A DNA stretch of 55,528 nt, the filler included, from Sluysia triapertura (Eukaryota): NCBI GenBank assembly GCA_046118255.1. It is 4 parts of 4 records of this genome, joined end to end, with 100 filler letters (N's around TTAATTAATTAA, not from the genome) between each part and the next. Parts side by side here need not be neighbours in the genome. Positions count along the whole stretch, not along the records: positions 1 to 14,264 come from JBJNIA010001232.1; positions 14,365 to 25,299 come from JBJNIA010191307.1; 2 more parts are not named here. One strand, 5' to 3'. A program made the position numbers and the translations under genes. The notes under the pieces are model-generated. The model made no database searches, had not been told where the DNA came from, and saw only the letters and a program-made list of their open reading frames with translations. Of this stretch, positions 12,188-23,219 are shown piece by piece; the stretch's first letter is position 1; every line of letters begins with the position of its first letter.

Positions 12188-12519
12188 TTAATTTCCATTA
12201 ATTTTGTCTGGGCGGCTAACAGAATCTTTGTGACGCAATAGAAAATCTGCTAATGCTTCAATAGGCTTATCCGGTCTGCAAACAAGAAATGGATATTTAA
12301 CAGTAACATCAAAAGGAAATTACAGATTTTAATAAATCATTCAATTATCAAAACACTATAACTCTTACATTAGTTTTACACTAACCTATCTTTCGCTAAC
12401 ATTTTTAGACCTTCTAAAACAAGTGGAGTTACGTAGTTATTTAAGTAAGCTTTAGCTTCATCAGCTTTCTGCAAAAAAAATAAAACGTTAGGAATTAATT
12501 ATACTCTGTTTTGTTCCAT
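12188..12519 (-). CDS. DPY30: Dpy-30 motif protein (COMPASS subunit DPY30-like), 3 exons: 12519-12505, 12468-12386, 12275-12188, 61 aa
   Basis: Manual translation: MEQNR|KADEAKAYLNNYVTPLVLEGLKMLAKDR|PDKPIEALADFLLRHKDSVSRPDKINGN*; matches the Dpy-30 motif (AYL...V.P.LL.GL..LAK.RP..PIE.LA..LL). GT..AG introns of 36 nt (with CCTAAC branch-like site) and 110 nt keep the frame. Exon 1 is less certain than exons 2-3. Confidence 0.85.
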
Positions 12520-13499
12520 TATCCTTTCAAAATTACTATTTTCAGTCATATTGTATTTTATAATTTAACTGTTTATTGAAAATGAGATTTAAATTTATAA
12601 TTTGAAGAAGTACAAAAGTAATAAACAAACAAATTAATTAAAAATATAACAAAATTAAAATTAATTTTAAACTTTTTTATTTTATAAAATCATTAAGATA
12701 TATTACAATTATTCATGCATTTATGTATTAATTTATATTTGTATATTAATATTTGAAGGTAATATTGTAAAAGTAATGGATCCTTCACGTATTTATAATC
12801 GCATAGATTATTAAGTTTAAAAATGGATACTTATTTTTATAGCTTAAATTTAACGCTAAAAACTTATGCCGAATTTTCTTTTTATCCAAAGTATTATATA
12901 TTTTAATAAAAAATTAATTAATTATTTTAGTAGTATTTTGTGCATAATGTAACGCATGGTTTTGCAATAGCTATTGCTGCTAAAATGCTTCTTCCGGCAA
13001 TTATTTTAGGTTTGAAAATGTTGCCTGTACTTGTTTTTGGATTTGGTTAAATTTGATGTATGTAATAGTGTTGATAATCCTGGTATATATTTAAACCTAG
13101 TTTAAAAAGTTTAAAAAATGGTACGGTTGCAATCTACGGCTTAAAACGTATAAAGGAGTATATGTGGCTATTAACAGCATAATAACTAGGGAAACTTACG
13201 TAAAAATTGTAATTGAGTTAATGTCGAACTTATGCACATAATGCAAAAAAATCAATGAGAGGTTAAACTTATATGGTTTGCAATAATACTCACTTAAATT
13301 CAAATTATATTAATTTAGTTTTAAGTAAATCATTAAAACAATTAGACTATGCAAGATTTTATTTTTGACAAATCATGTAAATATAGTGAATTTTACATAA
13401 AATAATGATGTTTAGGGACAAAAGGCAAGATAAAAAATAAGTTATAATTAAAAGTTGACTTTAATAAATTTTACCTTATTAAGTCGCAGTTAATGAAAA

Positions 13500-14264
13500 T
13501 TTAACAAAGAATTTAAGTATTTGATAAAATCTACACTAGCAAAATAGTTAAAATGTGAGTTCGCCTATAATAAGTGACTCATAAAGTGAAATAGGCAACC
13601 ATACAAGATTTTTATTTAAAGTTAAAATTTCTAAATTTAAACGTGATGGTCGATTGTTTTAACCTTAATCTCTTTGTGTAACGTAAGATTTTAGTGTCTA
13701 ATAGTCACCTAACTAAATATTTATTTAAATTTTTATCTATCTACGCTAAAACTGTGACTTGTTAGATCAATTTAATAATGAACCACTTGAATTTATATTC
13801 TTCCAAAAATATGCTATATATATATATGTGCTAGTATTTCCTTATACTTAAGCAAATTATCTGATGAGTCGGTCCGCCTAATATATACGCTTTACACCAA
13901 AATTGGAGACGTATTATTAGGATTTACTATAATTTTTATACTTAGTACTTACCTAACACCTTAACTTACAGGTAATTAATTTATTAATTAAATTAATTCA
14001 AATTTTATGTATGTTTTACGCAACCCTTTTTATGGTGTTGCTTTTGAAAAAATATTTCTTATGAATTTAGAAATTACGCAACCCTTTTTATGGTGTTGCT
14101 TGTTGAAAATTATTTTAAATTAATTAATAACTCTATATGTGATACACAAATTTATTAAATGTACACTTAGAACTTGATACAACTTTGTAAAAATATAATA
14201 TAAATAGTGATTTTATTTAAGCTATTCAACCGTAGTTGATACTTTTGGATTTTAGGATGAAGTT
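13500..14264 (-). mobile_element. Family 4-like LTR, cut by the gap; lower bound approximate
   Basis: Same order of motifs as 15646-16610; homologous to 17560-17690 plus 18911-19251. Confidence 0.6.
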
Positions 14265-14364
14265 NNNNNNNNNNNNNNNNNNNNNNNNNNNNNNNNNNNN
14301 NNNNNNNNTTAATTAATTAANNNNNNNNNNNNNNNNNNNNNNNNNNNNNNNNNNNNNNNNNNNN

Positions 14365-14867
14365 TTTAACAGATAAAACCTTGTAAAGGCTTATTTCTTC
14401 GTATTTTTCATTATTTTATCTTGATTTAAGTATTTTATATGATTATCCTACTATTACAGTTCATCATAATACCTTATCTTAGTTCTTTAATAAAGTTCAA
14501 CTTATTCTGTTATCCTAAGTTTTGACCCTTATATCAACCCATATCCTTCACTAATCCCAACAATTATATTAAGATCTAACTAAGATACATAAAACTATAC
14601 GTTTCTATACAAATATTATCCACATTATTTTTACAGCGTTGGTCTTGATTATTTTTTAAGCTTTTTAATATCAGTTGACATATGCGACGATTTTGTCTGT
14701 TATTTTTTAAGTTAAGCAAATAGTGTTTTACACAGTTAGTTTTGAGAATTGCTCTCTCGTTATTTTACAGGTACGCCATTAGTAAGTGGTATACTGTAAA
14801 CGGACTCAGAATAATAATAGTTTACTTTGCTGCGATTTAGGTTTTGTGTATTAAGAAAACATCAACA
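14365..14867 (+). mobile_element. LTR family 2, 3' part
   Basis: TTTACAGGTACGCCATTAGTAAGT..CTGTAAACGGACTC..AAAACATCAACA; homologous to 21150-21405. Confidence 0.65.
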
Positions 14868-15591
14868 GAATTATAACTATATGCTAGAGCACTACCACTT
14901 TAAAGTATAACTTTTCAGTCCATATTGAATATGTCAAAAATTTATAAACCATCAGCTACTGGTGATTATGTATCAGGTTAAATATGAATCGTGATTTGAT
15001 AATAACGGCAAGTGAAGAATTCGTTTTGCAATTTTACACAATTGTGAATAAATATCCAAAGTCTTTAAAAAATACTTTAATCGAATTAAAAGGTCATGTA
15101 ATGGTTGTAGGAATAACAAAACAGTGGAATCCCAATTAAAAATCTCAGAAAAGAAAAGAATGAATTCAAAAGAAAGTAAACGAAATGAACAAAGAAAAAC
15201 TAATTCAATATGACTTATTAGAAAACAGAAGAATTTAAGTAGAAATCCATTTCGAAATTGCTAAATGTAAAGCCTAATTAGAAAATATAAAAGAAAAAAG
15301 AGATCAAAATTTTATTTTTTAGTTATGAATTTAAACATAGAACACTTACATGCTGATGAAATCAAAGAATGAGAGACTTTAACTTGATAGTCAGGGGAAC
15401 TAAACTGTCATGTAGATGCATTTCAAACGATAAGAGTTTATTTAAAAAAATTAATTCAAATATGTTTCAAAAAGAAAATGAAATCCAAGAATAAAAAGAA
15501 TTTTATGTAAAGTTAAGATGTAAAAATGATAAAGATATGGGGCGGTATTTCAGATATAATAATGACAAAATCACAATTGTATATAATAAAA

Positions 15592-15615
15592 TACTACTAC
15601 TACTACTACTACTAC

Positions 15616-15645
<30 letters not shown>
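15592..15645. repeat. (TAC)n(TAA)n microsatellite
   Basis: Directly visible; similar (AAT)n tracts near 18770, 32420, 51110 and 54660. Confidence 0.9.
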
Positions 15646-15647
<2 letters not shown>

Positions 15648-16610
15648 TGGGTGGTTTTAAGATAAGATAGAATAAAATAAGATTTTTAACGCGAGTCCAC
15701 CAACGTACTAGGCTTACCAGTTAGGGATAGCCGTTGGATTTATAACTTCTTCAAGTGTAAATTTAATTGGATGCTCTTAATTTTATAATTTTGCTATTAA
15801 TTCAGAATTTAAATACTTATCTGTTAAATTTCTGGAGGTATTTTAATAAATGTGAGTCAATGCAAGATGTAAATAACATATGAAAAACTGAAATTTAATG
15901 TTATTAAATTAAAAATATTATTAAGAGTAGTTTACATAGATCTGTAATAATTGATTAAATAAAGCAAAATGTCGATAGTACAATTAGCTATAATAAAATC
16001 AATAAATCTTTTAATCAATTAAAGAAAATACAATCATGTTAAAATATATTCCAAAATGTGTGTTATATGAAAAGAAATCACCTCTATAATAATTTTAGAA
16101 TTTAATTCTAATAGGAGAAATCTCTACTTTAGTTTAGATTTTATATTTGAAACTATAAAAGTGCAAGACAATTTCCTTATGTGCAAAATGGATCTGGAGT
16201 CCGTCCGACTAACTAGGCACGATTTATATCAAAAGATGACGTCCTAATTAGATTTTCAAAGGAGATTTTGAACAAAGTTTAAAGGATCAACTAAGTGACT
16301 TAGACTAACTATTATAATACGATAAATAAGTAAAAGGAAAGTCTTAACTTACTCAGTTAAACCAGCCTTTTTACGGTCTGGTCAAGATAGAAAAATTTTA
16401 GGCGTTAAACCAGCCTTTTTACGGTCTGGCCAAAATAGGAAGATTTTAAACAAATACTTAAAATAACTAATCAAAATCTTATTACTAGATCAAAAATATT
16501 CAATGGCAATATTTAGAATAATAAAAATATTCAATTTAAATCTTAAGCCTACTTGCTTAGATTGAAATAATTTTATTAAGATTTTAAGTCAGCCTTTTTA
16601 CGGTCTGACA
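15646..16610 (-). mobile_element. Solo LTR, family 4
   Basis: Reverse strand TGTCAGACC...AAAACCACCCACA; three terminal-type hairpins, TATA hairpin and 3' stem-loop; TSD not evident (abuts a microsatellite). Confidence 0.65.
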
Positions 16611-17149
16611 TATGTATATAAGGATTTTAAGTAATATTTTAGTTCTATTCTTTAAAATTAGAACGTAAAACTTATTTAATAAACAAGTACTTTTTCATGG
16701 AATATTGATAATTAATTTCTCAAGTTTTCTTTTCTTCTGTTGTTGTCGTTGTTGTCACTGCTGTCGTCGTTATTATTCTGAGTCTTTTCTGAATTTTTTG
16801 TGGTTATTTATACTATTTTTATTTTACCTGTTCTCCATTTTGTTTATTTGATTTATTTAAACAATTTCGTTTATTTGCTTCATTTAAACAATTTGTGATT
16901 TTTGTAAACAGAAAGATTTTAAATTTTAATTTATAATAATGATATTATTTAAATAATTAATTAAAAATAAATAATAAAATAATAAAATATAAATAATAAA
17001 AATAAAAATAAGAAAAAATGAAATAGTTCTTTAAATACACAATTGATAAATAAATAAATAGTTCTTTAAATAAACAATTAATGAATAAAATAAAATAAAT
17101 AAAATATCGATTTATTAAAAAGTCTGTCAATGAATAATGATTGTTAAAA

Positions 17150-17545
17150 TGTTACGCTGTTACCCCGACTACCGATATACCGATACCGACTCCAACACAT
17201 ACAAAATAATTTTAAGAAGTCATAATGACACCTGAAAGTTATTTAAAATCATAAAAAAATATTCTAAAATCATTTAAAATTAATTAAAAACAATTATTAT
17301 CCAAAAAAGAAAATTAGCTTCTATAATTACCACAGAAGCTTATAGAATGTTTTAGAACATTTCATCGATTTTCATTTGATGATGACTAGTATATAAACTA
17401 GCATTTAACAACTTAGCCATTTCTAATAATATTAGTTGTAGTGAAATCAGCCATTTTGTAAGTAGCCATTTGCAATATTATCATTGTCTACATTTTTATT
17501 AAACGGATCTAAATTACCATCCGTTTTATCATCCATGCGCAAGTG
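17150..17545 (+). mobile_element. Family 1 LTR, 5' part
   Basis: TGTTAC start, AGAAGCTTATAGAATGTTTTAGAACA block and CTAGTATATAAACTAGC TATA hairpin. Confidence 0.7.
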
Positions 17546-17559
17546 TTTCTTTTAAAAAT

Positions 17560-18763
17560 ACTTTAAAATCTTATTCTTAACTGCAAATTATCCGAGGAGT
17601 CGGTTCGCCTAATATATACGATTTATACCACTACTGGAAACGTACTATTAGGTTTTCTTAATTCAATTATGCTTAATTAACTTTTACTTATGTGGAATTT
17701 CGTAGTTAAATAATTAAATTAAATTAAGATTTATCTTAAATGTGAGTCCTCTATGACACTGGACTTATTCACTTAAGGGTCAATACATAGATTTTTTGCA
17801 GCTTTAAAGAAAGATAAATACTGGAGGTTTCTTGGCTTATAATATCTTTGATCCTTATAAAATATTATGTCGAAATGCTAACGAAATAACTTGTTGAGTA
17901 ACTTATTAGATAATTACAATACAATTCTAACAAATAACTCGATGGTTAACTTATGCGATAGTTATATGACGTTAATTTATTTGTTTCAATTTTACTCTCT
18001 TTAATATTAAGGGAAAAGTATCTTTTTCCAAAAATTATTTATTAAGTAGTATTAGCTATTAATAATAATAAATTAACAACACCAAAAGTTTATTTAAATA
18101 AATTGTAGCAGTAATAAATACAAAATATTTATAGATAAAATGGTCAATTCGACAACTATACATAAAGTTTAAAATAAATTAAAATGGTAACCCTATGGGT
18201 ATAAAAATGTTTATGCGAATAAAGGCCAAAGTATGTATGTACTTACCAATTTAATTAATAAATTTATATATAACGTAATATATAAAATGTTGAAATTATT
18301 AATTTGTAATTAATATTTACTGATTTGAAGTTTAAAAGCCTTAATTTATATTGTATTGAAACTATACAGATTTATAAACAAGATATCTTAAGTGTAATTT
18401 ATGATCGATATAAATTCTTTAACTTAGAAATAGTAATGCACTAACGATTGTTATAACAATGAATTAGTTTTTATCTTCTTGAAAGTTTATGATTTCTTCA
18501 AAAAGAATTTCAAATATCTTCTAGATAGTTTATAATTTTTTGATGATTTAAAATCTTCTTCAAATTAAACAATAAAATTACAACACTGTAAAAGCAAAGT
18601 ATAAATAATGTATAAACAATGTGTCTAAATTTTGTGAATAACTTGTAGTTTATATACTATTTCTAAGTTTACCAAGAATTGGTTGGTATAGTAACATATC
18701 TGTTTTAAGTAATAAATTTAAACAATAATAATAATAAATTTTTATTAATTTATTTTAAATGTT

Positions 18764-18802
<39 letters not shown>

Positions 18803-19251
18803 TTTTTAATAATTTTAAACATTTATTTATTTTAATAATTTGATATATAAATACTAAATAATTTTAAATATTTTAATATTTTAACTAATTTATCTAAAAA
18901 TACCTTTACACTTGTGACTTATGTCTTATCTTCTATGTTTAATCACTTGGAGCACTCTAATTAATTTATGCTACAACCCTTTACTAGGTGTTATTTAATT
19001 GAGCTTTTATATTTATAATTATGCAACCCGTATTAAGGTGTTGCTTTACAGAAGGAATTTTAAATTAATAACACAAAACCAAAAAAATCGTAAAGATCCT
19101 TAAAGTGTATTAATAACACACGAGTAAAAATCAACTCTTACAAAGAATTAAAACTTATAATAAAAATAATATTTTAATCAGCTACTCATATTGGTTGTTA
19201 GTTTTCAAATATTTTAGAATGAGTTTTTGCAACCCGTATTAAGGTGTTGCA
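17560..19251 (-). mobile_element. Family 4-like LTR 5' part, split by the family 3 insertion
   Basis: Starts TGCAACACC at 19251; TATA hairpin at 17608-17652. Confidence 0.6.
17691..18910 (-). mobile_element. Solo LTR, family 3 (1.2 kb), nested in a family 4 LTR
   Basis: TG...CA termini, flanks CTTA/CTTG; inverted homolog of 31162-32374 over its full length. Confidence 0.8.
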
Positions 19252-19779
19252 TGAAATAAAAAATATTTTAAGTAAAAGTTATGCTTTCTATTAAAGTGAG
19301 GCAATTTATAAAACTAATGCAAAAATTAATTAATTTGCCATGGAAAACATATAAGTTTAATATCAGGAGCTCTTCTTTAATGTTTGGAAATATTTCTAAA
19401 ATTTTTGTTCTAACAAGATACCTAAATTCTTTTCTATTTATATTAATTCTTACTTACAATATGTCTTCCTTTCTCAAATATTAAAATAATTATTTCTTTG
19501 TTTCTTTTCTAAAAATAAAAATTAAAATAATAATTACCTTAATTTTCTTTATTAATTAATAGTTTAAATAATTTCATTTACTTCCTTTATTAATTTTAAG
19601 CATTTAAACAAAAGTAATTTTAATTTTAGTAATTTTAAACAAAATTAAATTTTTAATTATTTTTAATTTTATAATTTATTTATAATATTAATATAATAAA
19701 AATAATAAATTAAAAACAAATAACTAAAACAAATAAAACAAAAATTTTTTTACATATTCTAATAAAAATAAATATCTTT

Positions 19780-20314
19780 ACACATTCTACGCGGATTAAA
19801 AACTTTCAATAAACATTGGGAATCATTAGCTCGGAACTATTTTTCAATCCATGCAACAAGTAATTTGTTTTTATTAAGACTAATATTTGATTTGCCTAAG
19901 AAAGCAAATATTATAAAATCTACGTAAAATCATCTTTCGCGTAATTTAGTCTTAAGGTTCCCCGATATATTGAGGGATAAATTCTAGTGTAAACTGATAT
20001 TTATTAGTTATTAAAGACTAATCGAAGTTTTAATAATAAATTTCACACTTCCTTTTATTCTATCACCTTTGTTTTGTACTATAATTCAAGTTGTATAAAT
20101 TTTTAATTCGTTAATAAAAAGTTTTGCTAGTTGTTTGTGAATTTATTAGACCCTCTAGTTATAAGAGTATAAATTTAACTTACTTTATGTAGTTTAACTT
20201 ATTTTGTTACTGAGGTGCCTTCTTTACGACGTAAGACGCTTATTGTAAACGGACCCTGCTCAATTTTCTATTTTGCCGTAGGTTTAAACTCAAATATTAA
20301 TAAAAACCACAGCA
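19780..20314 (+). mobile_element. Family 1 LTR, 3' part
   Basis: AAGGTTCCCCGATATATTGAGGG, TAAGACGCTTA..GGACCCTGCTC..TTTTGCCGTAGG, AAAAACCACAGCA end. Confidence 0.75.
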
Positions 20315-20363
20315 ATATTATAACGTTTTAAGTAAATTAGAAATATTTTTAAAGGTGTATATA

Positions 20364-20505
20364 TGTTAGACTTCGTAAAATGGACTGACCAGGGATTGAA
20401 CCCGGGATCTTCGCTGCACACTTCGAATACTGTACCACTGAGCTATCAGCCCCATCTACCAATTTCAATTTTGCCAAATGGCACTTTAGGCCTTTTACCC
20501 CAACA
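20364..20505 (-). mobile_element. Mini LTR-like element carrying a tRNA-derived sequence (copy 1)
   Basis: TGTT...AACA termini, TATA on both flanks, 142 bp; homologous to 24601-24729. Confidence 0.85.
20381..20452 (-). tRNA. tRNA-like (pseudo) sequence inside the mini element; anticodon not assignable
   Basis: Minus strand GGGCTGA TA GCTC AGTGGTA CAGT A TTCG AAGTGTGCAG CGAA GATC CCGGG TTCAATC CCTGG TCAGTCC A: 7-bp acceptor stem, A box, B box, T-arm, followed by TTTT. Confidence 0.7.
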
Positions 20506-20617
20506 TATATATAGTAGTTGCCCAATTATTGCACCAAAGACCATTTTTGTGATAAAATTCGACATTGTTCTAGGATATTGTGAAACTATTAATCAAAAGT
20601 TGGATGTTTCACAGTTT

Positions 20618-20878
20618 CTATGACACAATCATATCATCAAATACTTGCAAGGACAACTCGACACTAAAACACACTTGATTCCAGTCATCCTCAATTAAAT
20701 GTTGGTGTTGTGTAGCCCATGTCAACATTTTACGGATCATCCCTGGTTTCAACTTAGCCTTTCTTCTAGGTCGTCTCACTCGCAAACCATTGTTTATAAG
20801 TCTCCTTCTGGCACTAACGTGAATTCCGCAAGTCTCTAACTGCTTCTGCAAAGTCATACTGGTAGTTTTACGATTCAT
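20618..20878 (-). mobile_element. Tc1/mariner transposase fragment
   Basis: LQKQLE..GIHVS.RRRL..NGL..RRPRRK..L......L.WA..H.....DW..V.FS.E is the Tc3-type HTH plus start of the DDE domain (catalytic D mutated). Confidence 0.88.
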
Positions 20879-21052
20879 TGTAGTGTTGGGATTGCCATAC
20901 TGTGTATTGGAAAATGCATGAGAAACATATAGAACTATAAAACGAAGAAAGAACTGATACCAAATGATGGATTGAGCGTTGTAGGCAGAGTTGAAATGAG
21001 AGTCGTAAAAATTAATGCATTTACGGTAATTTTAACAGCTACAGAATACCCT

Positions 21053-21110
21053 GACATTATAGATATTATAGATATTATAGATATTATAGATATATTAAAG
21101 ATATTATAGA
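21053..21110. repeat. (GATATTATA)n minisatellite
   Basis: About six tandem 9-mers. Confidence 0.85.
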
Positions 21111-21149
21111 CGACACGTTTTTATACTCTCATTATTTACTTGAATTTTT

Positions 21150-21405
21150 TATAATAATTCAAATATCTCTTAAGCTAGCTTTGGTCTTAATTAGTTTTTT
21201 AAGTTATCTGTTGTTAATTGACAAACGACGATTTTTGCCACTTATTATTAAGTTAAGGCAAAGCATATTTTTGTACGATTAATTTTGATAATTGTCTTTA
21301 CGTAATTTTACAGGTACGCCATTAGTAAGTAGTATACTGTAAACAGACTCATAATAATTAATTATTTTGCTGTAGGTGAGGTTTTTAGATTAGAAAAACA
21401 CCCAG
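21150..21405 (+). mobile_element. LTR family 2, 3' part
   Basis: Colinear with 14630-14867. Confidence 0.65.
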
Positions 21406-23219
21406 AAAATAAAATCATTGTTATTGATATTAAGAATAAATCTAGTATAATAATAATTGACATAGAAAAGTAGAAAAAGGAATCAGAGAAGTGAAGGTGA
21501 AAACATCTAGAGCCTCCTGAATGCCTTATAAACTATTGAATAACTTTAGAGTCTTAATAAAACCTTTAATCATAGAATAAGATTAAGTCTAAAAATAGAT
21601 TACTTAATTAAAATCTTAATTAACTTAATTAAGAAAAGATCGTTTTCGTTAATAACTTTTGAATGCGAAATGCTATGTTAAATTTAAAACTATGCATGAT
21701 TTGTTTTGAAAAGACCTTTCAATTAAGGTATGGTTTGACCGAGTTCATGCAAGGAAAGCCTCAATATTGATCAAAATCAAATTTTAATTAATTTTTGATT
21801 ATGCAATGTTGAATTTTTAATACTTCGAGTAATGCAAATGTAATGAATTGAATTTTAGATGATTAATATGAGAGAGGAGAATCTATAAGTGAGTTTGAAA
21901 TATTTGTAGAGTTGTTTGTTTGAGAATAAGAAGCTTACAATATTTTTCATTAGAAAATTGGGTGTGAAAAATAGAAAATTAATTAAATAATAAAAAGTAA
22001 AATTAAATCTACTATTTTTAGATATGTTAATAGTATTGCTGATTATTATTTTAATGTAAGAAGTAATTTAAGTAAAAATAGACTGAGTAGAGTAAAAAAG
22101 AAATGATGGTTGATGATAAATCAGATTTCTATGTTTTGTACCTAATAAAGTTTGACAGACCGTACCATGTAGTTGTCAAAGTTGTTATTGTCGGTTTGAT
22201 TCTCAAAGAGATTTGAATGATTTGTGTGAGGGAGTGTTTGGTTGTGAGATTGTGAATTGATTGGATGATGAGAGAGTATAAAATAAAGATTTCTAAACTT
22301 TTACAACACAATAGTAATGATGACCCACTATTAGTTATACGAAGATCCATGTTTGCTGTAAATTTTTTATATTGTTAATTTTATTGTATTTAAATTAAGT
22401 GATAAATTTTATTTGAATTTGATTTATTTTTATTAATAAATTTGTGGGAAACTTCCCTCGTAATTTTCATAAATTTTTAATACTAATCGCATAATTTATT
22501 GCAAAATATTTTGTGAGACTTTTGTTAGGAAACACTTCTTTAAATTCTATTTATATTCAGCTATTTTAGAGAGGTTTTACAGACAACTCTCTGCGCAATT
22601 TTTGGTAAGGATTATATTTAAAATACTTTTGCTTTTCAGCTATTTTAAAGTGATATTACACGCAATTCCTTATTCAATTTTTGATAACGATAATATTTGA
22701 TTTTCAGACATTTTTTAAGATACTTTTGGAGGAAAATCACTACGTAATTTAATTTATCGAAATACTCAGTATTTTATCTTTAGAGATTACTGTTAAGTTT
22801 TTCCTTAAAGTTATTGTTACCAAAAGATTTTATTGTAATCGTGTTCAATTTTTGTTACGTTGGCCTAAAATGTTTAAATAACATAATTACCATTAATTTT
22901 CTAGATATCATTAGTGTCTCTTTCGTCACTCCTGGTTGTTCTATTTTAAAGAAATTGTAATATTTTTTTAGTTTCATTTTGTGAAGATTCATTAATAATA
23001 ATAACAAATTCTATTTTGGTTTTTATTTAATAGTACATTATTATTTTAGTTCTGATTTGATTGTCAAGAAATTTAAATTTGGTATAATAGTTATTGAGAT
23101 AGTTGTAAAAAAGGATCACGGTAAAATTGTACTTGATATACTAACTATTGAAATTATTAAGGTTTAAACTGATCAAGATAATAATATTAAATTTTAATAA
23201 TTAACAATTTTTAAAGACG

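Noticed and set aside
12776-13185. Possible small + strand membrane-protein gene (YFVHNVTHGFAIAIAAKMLLPAIILG)
   Set aside because: Could not assemble a consistent start-to-stop model or recognise a family.
13861-13921. CTGATGAGTC as a hammerhead ribozyme core
   Set aside because: No properly placed GAAA or stem III; homologous copies read CCGAGGAGTC and CTGGAGTC.
14265-14364. N-runs with a central TTAATTAATTAA (also 25300-25399 and 38600-38699)
   Set aside because: Artificial scaffold linker with stops in all six frames; not biological.
14020-19251. Repeated palindromes as a CRISPR-like array
   Set aside because: Only 2-3 repeats per cluster, irregular spacing, eukaryotic LTR context, no cas genes.
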